A stretch of 64,000 nt of DNA from a virus. Taxonomy: Duplodnaviria; Caudoviricetes. How positions within the stretch are numbered: position 1 is the stretch's first letter; the number at the start of each line of letters is the position of its first letter. Shown here in pieces: positions 53,926-62,114 of this stretch. The notes under the pieces were generated by a model. The model did no database searches and was not told where the DNA came from. It worked only from the letters and a program-made list of their open reading frames with translations. Both the position numbers and the translations under genes were made by a program. Location: positions 1 to 64,000 of IMG/VR virus record IMGVR_UViG_3300005326_000046; one strand, given 5' to 3'.

Positions 53926-54349
53926 CATAAGAGGCCGGCTTGGAAAGCCCACGTGGTGGGACGAATACGCCGTGCCGCGCTACTGCGAATTCACTACAGA
54001 TCGCATTGCCAATACCGGCGCGCGACAATGTGCCCTCGTAGAGATAGCGTGCCAAAGCTGCGGCCACAAGTATCAAGTAGCGGTGTCTAGCAGGGTAACT
54101 GACCCCTATCCGCTAAGCACACTCATTGAACAACGATGGATGAATTATGGAGACCCGCCGAACTACTGCTGTTTCATGGGCGCGAGCGTGAACAGTATTC
54201 CATTGCGCGTGTTGGAGTTCTGGATAATACATTCCGCAACGGGAATGGGATGGGAGCGTTTCGAGAAATATGAGAGCGCTGACATCGTGCCAGACTGGGC
54301 CAAGGATATCGTGGAGGAAATGCACCTGCTGGACAAGGGCGCGCCATGA
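53906..54349 (+). CDS. Hypothetical protein
   Basis: GGAGG RBS; CQSCG. Confidence 0.7.
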   Translation: MHTNYLDIRGRLGKPTWWDEYAVPRYCEFTTDRIANTGARQCALVEIACQSCGHKYQVAVSSRVTDPYPLSTLIEQRWMNYGDPPNYCCFMGASVNSIPLRVLEFWIIHSATGMGWERFEKYESADIVPDWAKDIVEEMHLLDKGAP

Positions 54350-54624
54350 TTGAATACTGCCCCAACTGCTATGCAGAGTTGCTTCCACAACAGCAAGAGT
54401 ACTGGAACAAATATGGTCTTCCAGAACTTGGCGAAGCGGCGTGTGTTGCTTGGATCCCGCCTATGTTCAAGTGCGAATGTGGATTCCCAGTCGACGGCAT
54501 AGTGATAACGCTGGAAATACAAGATGGAAAGATCCTCCGGGAATCATGGATATGGCCCCAGTGGACGTGTTCACATTGCGGCAAGACCATCCCGGAGCGC
54601 GAGACGCATCATTGTTCGCAGTAG
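54346..54624 (+). CDS. Hypothetical zinc-ribbon protein
   Basis: CPNC, CECG, CSHC. Confidence 0.65.
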   Translation: MIEYCPNCYAELLPQQQEYWNKYGLPELGEAACVAWIPPMFKCECGFPVDGIVITLEIQDGKILRESWIWPQWTCSHCGKTIPERETHHCSQ

Positions 54625-54725
54625 CCGCTGGTTAGTATTGGCCCAGCGGCTGAGGCCTTTGTGGAACCCGAACTGTCAGTAAGGGTCAGATGGATCGTAG
54701 CACAGAATCGCGCGGTCGGCAAGTC

Positions 54726-54778
54726 AACCTTAAAGATTCGCGCCGGCTATTGATTTCCCGCCGCATGTATGCTATAGT
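54726..54778 (+). promoter_or_regulatory. Class A promoter (short spacing)
   Basis: AACCTTAAA 54726; TTGATT 54750-17 bp-TATAGT 54773. Confidence 0.75.
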
Positions 54779-54795
54779 GTTCTGGAGGGGGAAGA

Positions 54796-54996
54796 ATGGA
54801 CGAACACAATGACGAAGACGAATTCACTGATCTGGGGGATGGATTCTCCATCAACATCACGTATCTGCAAACGATTGCCGACAGGATGGCTGCGCCTTGG
54901 CTACGGCTCGCGGACGTTCTCGAAGAGGCGCGCATAGCCTTCGAAGAATTCAACGAGATAGCAGAGTGCTACGGTATAACGGTGGATGAACTCTGA
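54796..54996 (+). CDS. Hypothetical acidic protein
   Basis: GGAGG RBS. Confidence 0.65.
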   Translation: MDEHNDEDEFTDLGDGFSINITYLQTIADRMAAPWLRLADVLEEARIAFEEFNEIAECYGITVDEL

Positions 54997-55358
54997 TGTC
55001 AAGCAAGAAGAAGGTGTCTGATTTTTTTGTCACAATTGGCCCCATATCGCCACCGGATCTACTAGGGCTAGTCGGTCTTGTTGATCCCGTTGTACGCAAA
55101 CACATACTGGGGATGTTTATGATCCCTTCGCACATTATAGACTGCGACTTGGCGCGTCAAGCGGCAGAACAAGACCGCCTTTGGCGAGAAGAGAATGAAC
55201 GCGTCGCAATGGAGTTTGGTATAACCGTAGAACAGGTTCGGGCACTGGACAATTCTCACCTTGGTCCAATATGGCGCGCGGCATGTCGCTCAGGTAAAGA
55301 CGACACGCGCAGACTGATTGAGATTTCAGAAAAATGGGTAGAAGAGGATAAAGCATGA
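54996..55358 (+). CDS. Hypothetical protein
   Basis: Coupled ORF. Confidence 0.6.
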   Translation: MSSKKKVSDFFVTIGPISPPDLLGLVGLVDPVVRKHILGMFMIPSHIIDCDLARQAAEQDRLWREENERVAMEFGITVEQVRALDNSHLGPIWRAACRSGKDDTRRLIEISEKWVEEDKA

Positions 55359-56050
55359 AAGAGCGACCGATTCTCTACGGCGCGCCGATGATCCGTGCGC
55401 TAAAGGCTGGCATCAAGACGCAGACACGACGAACGCGCGGACTTAAGGAACTCAATTCGTCTCCTGACAGTTGGGAAGTAATGCCATCCTGGTGCGACGG
55501 AGAGTGGATCTTTCATACGGACCCCTGGACCGAGGCTCATGGCATTGAATGTCCATACGGCAAACCTGGAGACGTTCTGTGGACGCGCGAGACCTTCGCC
55601 ATTGAGAACAACTTCAACATGGGCGACTACGATCCACCGCTCAACGACGGCCGGCCCGTGCGAAGACATGATGATCCCGACTATGGGAAATGGTGGGAAC
55701 AGTGTCACTACCGCGCCACGGATCCCACGCCAGAACTGGCCTACGAGGACAGCGGCAGCGAGCCGGATGTCCGTTGGAAGCCGTCGATCCATATGCCTAA
55801 GTGGGCGTCACGCCTCCGCCACGTCATCACTGACGTGAGTTTGGAGCGCTTGCTAGATATTACGTTTGACGACGCGATCGCCGAGGGCGTGTTCGCCGAC
55901 TTCGATCCACAAGACGGGCATGGGTTCCGATGCGAAGCGCGCATCATGTTTTTCGAGTTGTGGGATTCGATCAACAAGAAGCGCGGGCTAGGATCCGATG
56001 TCAATCCGTGGGTGTGGAAGATCACGTTTGAGGAATGCGGCAATGGATGA
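55355..56050 (+). CDS. ASCH-like phage protein
   Basis: MKERPILY...MIRAL..GIKTQTRR; CPYGKPGDVLWTRETF; WKPSIHMPKWASR; NPWVW. Confidence 0.8.
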   Translation: MKERPILYGAPMIRALKAGIKTQTRRTRGLKELNSSPDSWEVMPSWCDGEWIFHTDPWTEAHGIECPYGKPGDVLWTRETFAIENNFNMGDYDPPLNDGRPVRRHDDPDYGKWWEQCHYRATDPTPELAYEDSGSEPDVRWKPSIHMPKWASRLRHVITDVSLERLLDITFDDAIAEGVFADFDPQDGHGFRCEARIMFFELWDSINKKRGLGSDVNPWVWKITFEECGNG

Positions 56051-56273
56051 TGCGCTCTTCGATCATCTAGATGGCATAATCGCGTCTGCTGAGACCATAT
56101 CGTCCATGGTCGGTACCTTGATCCGGGTTGCCGAGAAGCTTGACGGAGAGCCCGAGCCCACGAACGTCCAGCTTCTCAAGAACATCTTGCGGGACGGCGT
56201 TCTGTTCATTGCGGCCGAATGCAAGACGATCGACGAGCATGTGGGGGCATTGGAAAAAGACGGCGATGCATAG
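56043..56273 (+). CDS. Hypothetical protein
   Basis: Coupled ORF. Confidence 0.6.
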   Translation: MDDALFDHLDGIIASAETISSMVGTLIRVAEKLDGEPEPTNVQLLKNILRDGVLFIAAECKTIDEHVGALEKDGDA

Positions 56274-56694
56274 AGAACCCATCTGGGTCTTCAGGTACGA
56301 TCCCCAACGATTCCTGTGGTTGTGCGGCAACGTGCACGGAGAGCTACACAACGTGTGCGATGAGGCGATAGACGCGTATTTCGAAGCACGTAAGCCCATG
56401 CCGATTGGCGACAGCGTCCATCGCAGATTTCCGATCTACAAATATGGGGGTGTTACCCGGAAATGGCCGGTAAGCACAGAGACAATGAATTACGTTGGCG
56501 TAACACTTGAGCGTTGGGTGTTCTACGATTGGCACATTACATTCTGGTGCAAGTTCGTTCCTGAAATTCCCGCATGGGTATGGCAGGGAAAAGAGTACGT
56601 CAAGCAATTGGATCCCATCAAATGCAAGGAGTATCTAGATGCCAAAGCACAACTTGATGAGCGAACGCACACAACCGGACCCCAGACCGATTGA
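56266..56694 (+). CDS. Hypothetical protein
   Basis: Coupled ORF. Confidence 0.55.
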   Translation: MHREPIWVFRYDPQRFLWLCGNVHGELHNVCDEAIDAYFEARKPMPIGDSVHRRFPIYKYGGVTRKWPVSTETMNYVGVTLERWVFYDWHITFWCKFVPEIPAWVWQGKEYVKQLDPIKCKEYLDAKAQLDERTHTTGPQTD

Positions 56695-56971
56695 GGCCGT
56701 CATTGCAGAGATTGAAGCGCTCTACAATCGCGGACGCGGTCCGCGACCGGTAGACAATCTGCGCTACGTGGGTAAGAAAAGCTGTACAAGGTGCGGCAGG
56801 CCAATTGCTACAGCCGCTGCCTATCATGACCTCGGGGCAGGCAATGGAACCAATCTCTGTTGGGGTGATTGCCACCAAGAAGCGGATCTTACCGTGCCAA
56901 TCATGGACGTCATGCGCCTGGTGGATGAAATCCGCCAACTTCAACGGTCCCATGATGAGAAACAAGCGTAA
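56657..56971 (+). CDS. Hypothetical protein
   Basis: CTRCG...CWGDC. Confidence 0.55.
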   Translation: MSERTQPDPRPIEAVIAEIEALYNRGRGPRPVDNLRYVGKKSCTRCGRPIATAAAYHDLGAGNGTNLCWGDCHQEADLTVPIMDVMRLVDEIRQLQRSHDEKQA

Positions 56972-57300
56972 TGCCACCAGGACGCATATTTACCCGAAAA
57001 GACATAGAAACGGCAAAGGCGGCCCGTAGGACTAGGAAGTTAGCCGCTTTGCAGTCAAACGTGCGCTTCGATTGGCCAGACGATGCGCGCTGGGTGGACC
57101 TGGCAACGGAGCGCGGCGTTCGTCTGCCGTTGCGCCTAGCATTGTGCACGCCGGCAAGCATTGCGCGCTTCCTGCATCGGCTCGGGCGTGACGGCGCATG
57201 GTTCAAGAAGTGGAGCGGTTACAATCCAGCCGGGTGGATCGCGATGAACCCGCGCTGGTCGCTGCGCGCGGTAGTAGGACTCATACTAGAGGAACTATAA
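56971..57300 (+). CDS. Hypothetical basic protein
   Basis: Coupled ORF. Confidence 0.6.
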   Translation: MPPGRIFTRKDIETAKAARRTRKLAALQSNVRFDWPDDARWVDLATERGVRLPLRLALCTPASIARFLHRLGRDGAWFKKWSGYNPAGWIAMNPRWSLRAVVGLILEEL

Positions 57301-57310
57301 GGAGAGAAAC

Positions 57311-57685
57311 GTGAGTAAGCTTTTCAAACTAGAAGACGTGGTCAGTGTGGTTACCGGTTACTTCATGTCCGAGGACATCGGGGACATCTACGCCATCCTC
57401 AATTACATGACAGGGGATGACCTATTCACTCACCAACTACCGCGCGCGGCAGATGCATGCAGGCCAAGCCTGATAGAACAACATCCACTTCTGGCGCAAC
57501 TTGACTTTGACGGCCTGGAACTCGAAGAGATGCGCGCCAAGATTGAGGAAGTGCGCCCGAAAACCGGCAATGAGCTGTGGGTTAGTCCGCTGGCAGAGTG
57601 GGAGCACAAGGGAGCCATCCGGGAACTTACCGAACTTGTGGGCGAAGATCGAGTGATCGTGCTTGACGTGGAGGGGCACGCATGA
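57311..57685 (+). CDS. Hypothetical phage protein
   Basis: AAGGAG RBS; ILNYMTGDDLFTHQLPRA. Confidence 0.75.
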   Translation: MSKLFKLEDVVSVVTGYFMSEDIGDIYAILNYMTGDDLFTHQLPRAADACRPSLIEQHPLLAQLDFDGLELEEMRAKIEEVRPKTGNELWVSPLAEWEHKGAIRELTELVGEDRVIVLDVEGHA

Positions 57686-58431
57686 AGATAGCAGAAGGCG
57701 AGCTGATGATTCTTGGGAGATGCAAGACTGACGGAAACGTCCTGTATCTGCCAAATGAACAGCTTGACCGCAAGACCTACGAGGCAGTGAACAAGTGCCT
57801 CGTTGCCATCGGCGGCAAGTGGGATCGGAAGTCGAAGGGGCATGTGTTTGACCACGATCCCGCGGACGATCTGGACTCCATGCTGTTGACCGGCGAAGTC
57901 ACGGACACCAAGAAGCTCTACCAGTTCTTCCCGACGCCGCGACCAATCGCTGAGCAGATGTGCGACCTGGCAGAGTTGGATTCGACATGCACGGTCCTTG
58001 AGCCAAGTTGCGGGCGCGGCGACTTGGCCGATGTTATCTATGAACGCGGCGTGGCCGAGGTCTTCGGCGTGGAACTAAACCAGGGCATGGAACGATACCT
58101 CCACGATAAGCCGTATGCCTGCATGGTTGGCGTAGACTTCCTGGAATTTGCGCGCGACGAGAATCACTATTGGGACCGGATCGTGATGAACCCTCCGTTT
58201 GCACACGGACAAGACGTGCAGCATGTTCTCGCCGCGTACAAGCTTCTCGCTTCGGCTGGGGTCCTTGTTTCAGTGATGAGCCCGTCGCCGTTCTTCAGGG
58301 ACAACAAGGCGTCGGTTGGTTTCCGCGAATGGCTTCGTGAGGTTTATGCAGAGGTCATTGACGTACCTGAAGGTGCATTCAAAGATAGTGGTACGACGAT
58401 CCGGACGAAGATTGTCAAGATAAAGAGGTGA
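57682..58431 (+). CDS. SAM-dependent DNA adenine methyltransferase-like protein
   Basis: YQFFPTP; VLEPSCGRG (motif I); IVMNPPF (motif IV). Confidence 0.85.
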   Translation: MKIAEGELMILGRCKTDGNVLYLPNEQLDRKTYEAVNKCLVAIGGKWDRKSKGHVFDHDPADDLDSMLLTGEVTDTKKLYQFFPTPRPIAEQMCDLAELDSTCTVLEPSCGRGDLADVIYERGVAEVFGVELNQGMERYLHDKPYACMVGVDFLEFARDENHYWDRIVMNPPFAHGQDVQHVLAAYKLLASAGVLVSVMSPSPFFRDNKASVGFREWLREVYAEVIDVPEGAFKDSGTTIRTKIVKIKR

Positions 58432-58440
58432 GATAACACC

Positions 58441-58722
58441 ATGGCAGACGGAACGGGGAATGACGGCAACACACTACACGTCCCGGACAACGCGGCGCTG
58501 ATTGTGCAATGGAACGGGCATCACGTTGAGCTTCATCACACGCAGGGAATAATCGTCGTCGACGGTGTGGCATGGGACATCGAGAGTCTAGCGCTGATCG
58601 GGTCGGATGATCCCATGAGGGTAACATTTTGGACGGAGAACGGCCGTCGCTACGCCTTTGTCCAGAAGCTCGCCAAGAAGCCGCGTGGACTACCCAAGGT
58701 CACAAAGGGAGAGCAACGATGA
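58441..58722 (+). CDS. Hypothetical protein
   Basis: GAGG RBS. Confidence 0.6.
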   Translation: MADGTGNDGNTLHVPDNAALIVQWNGHHVELHHTQGIIVVDGVAWDIESLALIGSDDPMRVTFWTENGRRYAFVQKLAKKPRGLPKVTKGEQR

Positions 58723-58979
58723 TGGAACGTCTTCGTCCCGTCTTAATCCTGCTTGAAATCTTCGGTGCTGCAATCTTCGTCTGCTGTGGTATAATAGCAG
58801 CGGCACACGGATTGGCCGCACATCCATTCCTGGCGCGCGTCGCAGTGAGCATGTTCCTTGCGATGATTGTACTCATTGTGCTGAATTGGGGCACGTCCAC
58901 ACTGAAACGGGGTGAGAATGCGGTGCGATTTCCATACGGCAATTATGAAGGAACTGGACCGGATCGAGGCGAAGATTGA
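58719..58979 (+). CDS. Hypothetical two-TM membrane protein
   Basis: Two hydrophobic helices. Confidence 0.6.
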   Translation: MMERLRPVLILLEIFGAAIFVCCGIIAAAHGLAAHPFLARVAVSMFLAMIVLIVLNWGTSTLKRGENAVRFPYGNYEGTGPDRGED

Positions 58980-59065
58980 AACGCTGCACAAGGCATGCGA
59001 TGAACTTGGAGAGGACTTTCAAAAGTTGTTCAGCGAAGCGGAGGATCTGAATGTGGGAGAGGTAG

Positions 59066-59440
59066 ATGGTTGACGTTCCATACCAGTGCCAATTGCGCTT
59101 CGAGGTTTCGGGGACGCCGGTAGCGAAGCAGAGCTTTAGGTTTCGCTCGGGAGGTGGCTATCAGCCTCCGCGCGTGGTCGCGTGGGAGAAGGAAATCGCG
59201 CGTTGCGCGCGTGCGGCCATGGGGGATCGTCTGCCGTTCATCGGGCAGTGCGAAGTGCGGCTTGACTTCAGACTGCCAACCAAGCGCCGCGTTGACTTGG
59301 GCAACCTGAGTAAGCCCGTGCTGGACGCGTGTAACAAGATCGCGTTCAAAGACGACAGTCAAGTCGTGCAGGAAACTAACACAAAGCGGCTGGACAGAGA
59401 CAATCCGGGCGTGTCGGTTGTGATCGTTGAATTGCCATAG
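59066..59440 (+). CDS. rusA: RusA-like Holliday junction resolvase
   Basis: GTPVAKQS; RVDLGNLSKPVLDA; FKDDSQV. Confidence 0.88.
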   Translation: MVDVPYQCQLRFEVSGTPVAKQSFRFRSGGGYQPPRVVAWEKEIARCARAAMGDRLPFIGQCEVRLDFRLPTKRRVDLGNLSKPVLDACNKIAFKDDSQVVQETNTKRLDRDNPGVSVVIVELP

Positions 59441-59448
59441 GAGCGTGC

Positions 59449-59691
59449 ATGGACAAAGACGATAGGCTAGACAGAGACGACAAGCTGGTCTCGCTTACCA
59501 TCGCAATGATGAACGGGAAGCGCGTTCTCACGAAGGACATTGCGGAAGAGTTTGACATAAGCCTAACGACGTCGTGGCGGTGGCTTCGCAAAATCGCCAA
59601 GTTTACCAACATGCAGATAGACGATTGCGGCTACTGGTACATAGACAACATCCGTCGCAGACAGGTGCAGGTCGAGTACTTCCGCCCCTAG
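59449..59691 (+). CDS. Small winged-HTH protein
   Basis: LTKDIAEEFDISLTTSWRWL. Confidence 0.7.
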   Translation: MDKDDRLDRDDKLVSLTIAMMNGKRVLTKDIAEEFDISLTTSWRWLRKIAKFTNMQIDDCGYWYIDNIRRRQVQVEYFRP

Positions 59692-59906
59692 TCCTTCTTC
59701 TTGAACGCCAGGATCCTTTGACCGGTAGGCCCCTTGGCCCACCGCTGTGTTAGCCGCCCCTCTCGAACCTCTTTCTTCAGCAGATTACGTGCCACATCAT
59801 CGTCAATGTCCATTTCTTGCGCCAGATCACGCGTAGTGACTTCCCCTTCTTGCAGTTCCATGAGCATGTATCGGTCGCGCAACTCGCGCAGAATGTCGCT
59901 ATTCAA
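59688..59906 (-). CDS. Small winged-HTH-like protein
   Basis: VTTRDLAQEMDIDDDVARNLL. Confidence 0.6.
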   Translation of the reverse strand: MNSDILRELRDRYMLMELQEGEVTTRDLAQEMDIDDDVARNLLKKEVREGRLTQRWAKGPTGQRILAFKKKD

Positions 59907-60786
59907 GCGTAAGCTCCTCTTCTTCGTCCTGTTGGATTTGCGTAATCAGTGGTATCACTTCCGACGATCCGTCTGGGTCGATCTGAATCACCAACAAGCC
60001 AATCTCCGATACGCCGTCTGGGTTGAGGCGATAGACGAACTCCGTCTTGAGTTGCCAGCCGGGAAGCGTGAACGCCTCAGATACGATCTTGAAGTTCCTG
60101 TCGCGTACTTCTGCGCGGTCTGACTGGTGGCGATGCGATCGGACGATGAAGCGTGGCATCTCCGCCTTCGTTTCTAGGCAGTCCAGGTAATAGGACTTTA
60201 GGAACCAGCGCAGGTTGTTGCCGCGCAACCAGTTGCGCGCGCCGCGTCCCGGTCCATGATGCGCGATGCTGATGAGATTGCCGCCGACGCGCAGCAAGAG
60301 ACGTTTCTTGACATAAGATCCGACCGTGTTATCGTCTGGCTTGATATCCAGCAACGTGCGCGCGATGCGCTCTTCCGTGCTAGAGCCCGGCCCGACATGA
60401 GGTTCAGTGCCAGTGATGTAGAAGAGTCGATCGCGGCCTTGACGGAAGGACACCCGATCGAGCACTGGTTGCATACAGCGGTAGTGAATGCGTTCCTGGA
60501 CGTCCTTGCGCATGGTCATGAGCTGCGTCGTGCCGTGGTGAATCCCTTCTATGGCGTCGCCATTGTGACAGACAATCAACTGTCTGCCCCGGCGCAGTTC
60601 CGCGACAGTGTCCCACGAATTCAACCAGAATTCCCATTCCAACAGTTGCCATCGGTTGGGCGCAATGGCCTCATCGTCTGGTAGAATCGTGGGCGTATCA
60701 GGATGTAACGCGAAGGGATGGCCGCTGTGCAAATCACCGAACAGCGCAAGTGTCCAGCCTTCTTTACTTCGCATTGAGCTTGGCAT
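59899..60786 (-). CDS. Calcineurin-like metallophosphoesterase
   Basis: GDLHSGH; HNGDAIEG; GTEPH; AHHG; RSHRH. Confidence 0.85.
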   Translation of the reverse strand: MPSSMRSKEGWTLALFGDLHSGHPFALHPDTPTILPDDEAIAPNRWQLLEWEFWLNSWDTVAELRRGRQLIVCHNGDAIEGIHHGTTQLMTMRKDVQERIHYRCMQPVLDRVSFRQGRDRLFYITGTEPHVGPGSSTEERIARTLLDIKPDDNTVGSYVKKRLLLRVGGNLISIAHHGPGRGARNWLRGNNLRWFLKSYYLDCLETKAEMPRFIVRSHRHQSDRAEVRDRNFKIVSEAFTLPGWQLKTEFVYRLNPDGVSEIGLLVIQIDPDGSSEVIPLITQIQQDEEEELTLE

Positions 60787-61429
60787 TCAGGAGCGATGAG
60801 ATTCCGTCAATCTTGCGCTCCACTGACTCCAGACGGGTGTCCATCTGGTCAATGCGGGAGACGATGCCGCGATAGCCATTGGTGATGCCGCCGACAAGCT
60901 CGATCATGGCGGCCTGATCGTCCGCGTCGTCTTCCGGCAGATCCATCACGGCTTCGATGGCGCAATCGTAAGATTCCCCGACATCCGCGTCGGCCATCAT
61001 GGCGCGCACGAATTCCGTTGTGAACGTGTAGGCTGGCTTGTCTTGAATCTCAGACTTCATGCCGATGGCATTGATGCCTACTCTTGAAATCGCCCGAGTC
61101 ACCGCCTTCAGTGATGCATCGGGTTCTGCGCTGTAGCATGCCGCCACTATCATCGCCCGCGGATTGCCCTTGCGCGCCTGCGTTGCGACCCATGAGCCAC
61201 CCACGGTTGTGTTGTCTGCCAGAAGCAACCTGTCTGGCATACCGTGTCCAGCCCACACGACGATGTCATGCTTTTGGCGCAGCACGGATGCAACCTTTGA
61301 CTTCGTGGCATTTTTGCCGCCAACCAGGGTATAGGTCACTCCTTCGATGTTGGCAATCTCCGATATCTCATTCGTCCAGGTGATCGGTCGTTGTCCGGGT
61401 GCGTCAGGTGCGATAAGCAAAACGTCCAT
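60764..61429 (-). CDS. CHAT (caspase-like) domain protein with C-terminal coiled coil
   Basis: HDIVVWAGHG and MIVAACYS (His/Cys dyad); AIGM...IQD.PA..F..EF; GGAGG RBS. Confidence 0.75.
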   Translation of the reverse strand: MDVLLIAPDAPGQRPITWTNEISEIANIEGVTYTLVGGKNATKSKVASVLRQKHDIVVWAGHGMPDRLLLADNTTVGGSWVATQARKGNPRAMIVAACYSAEPDASLKAVTRAISRVGINAIGMKSEIQDKPAYTFTTEFVRAMMADADVGESYDCAIEAVMDLPEDDADDQAAMIELVGGITNGYRGIVSRIDQMDTRLESVERKIDGISSLLNAKLNAK

Positions 61430-61490
61430 GTGAGATGTCCTCCGCCGGTGCTAGATTGATGTGCTCTCTCATTTTTGCTACCAACGATCG

Positions 61491-62114
61491 CTACTCAAGC
61501 CACGCTAGTATGATTTTCAGGATGCGAGTCAGAATGCGCTTGAACCATGACACATCGTCGGCATCAATGGGTGTATCCGGTTCGTCTGGCGTGTCCGATT
61601 CATCGGGTTCTTCGGGCGTATCTGGCTCTTCAGCCACAGCACGCTTACGCCACGTGAAGCGGAAACACACGTGCCGCTTGTAAGGCAACCCCACTCCGCC
61701 GATGATGTCCGAGTTGATGCGCCCGGCATTGTCGCCAACGTACAGCGCGAGCGGTCCTACTGCTGGTGGGTAGTAGCCATTGCTGATGACATGCTCCCCA
61801 GACGGATTGCCAGGCAAAAGCTTGTTCTGTAGACGCGCTTCAGGATCCCCGACGTGTGCCGCTGCGTTTTCCAGTCGCCAGTACGGATACGACAAGTAGA
61901 CCTTGGCCGCGGTTTGGATGTTAGCTTCGTTCAACACAACGCAGGTCGCGACCGTGTTATTTCCCGAAGCCGTTTCGTCAATCAGTTCCGCAAGAACCAG
62001 TTCGTATTCCGTGTCCGGTTGCTTCTCGACAACCAACTCCACACCAACAACCTGATTTGCGCTGTTCAGCGCGTTGGCGCGGCAATTCTCCGCGCGTGGA
62101 TCAAAGTCAGACAT
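61491..62114 (-). CDS. Lysis-region protein with acidic Pro linker and amphipathic C-terminal helix
   Basis: GPLALYVG...SDIIGGVGLP..H; PDTPEEPDESDTPDEPDTP; SWFKRILTRILKIILAWLE. Confidence 0.65.
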   Translation of the reverse strand: MSDFDPRAENCRANALNSANQVVGVELVVEKQPDTEYELVLAELIDETASGNNTVATCVVLNEANIQTAAKVYLSYPYWRLENAAAHVGDPEARLQNKLLPGNPSGEHVISNGYYPPAVGPLALYVGDNAGRINSDIIGGVGLPYKRHVCFRFTWRKRAVAEEPDTPEEPDESDTPDEPDTPIDADDVSWFKRILTRILKIILAWLE

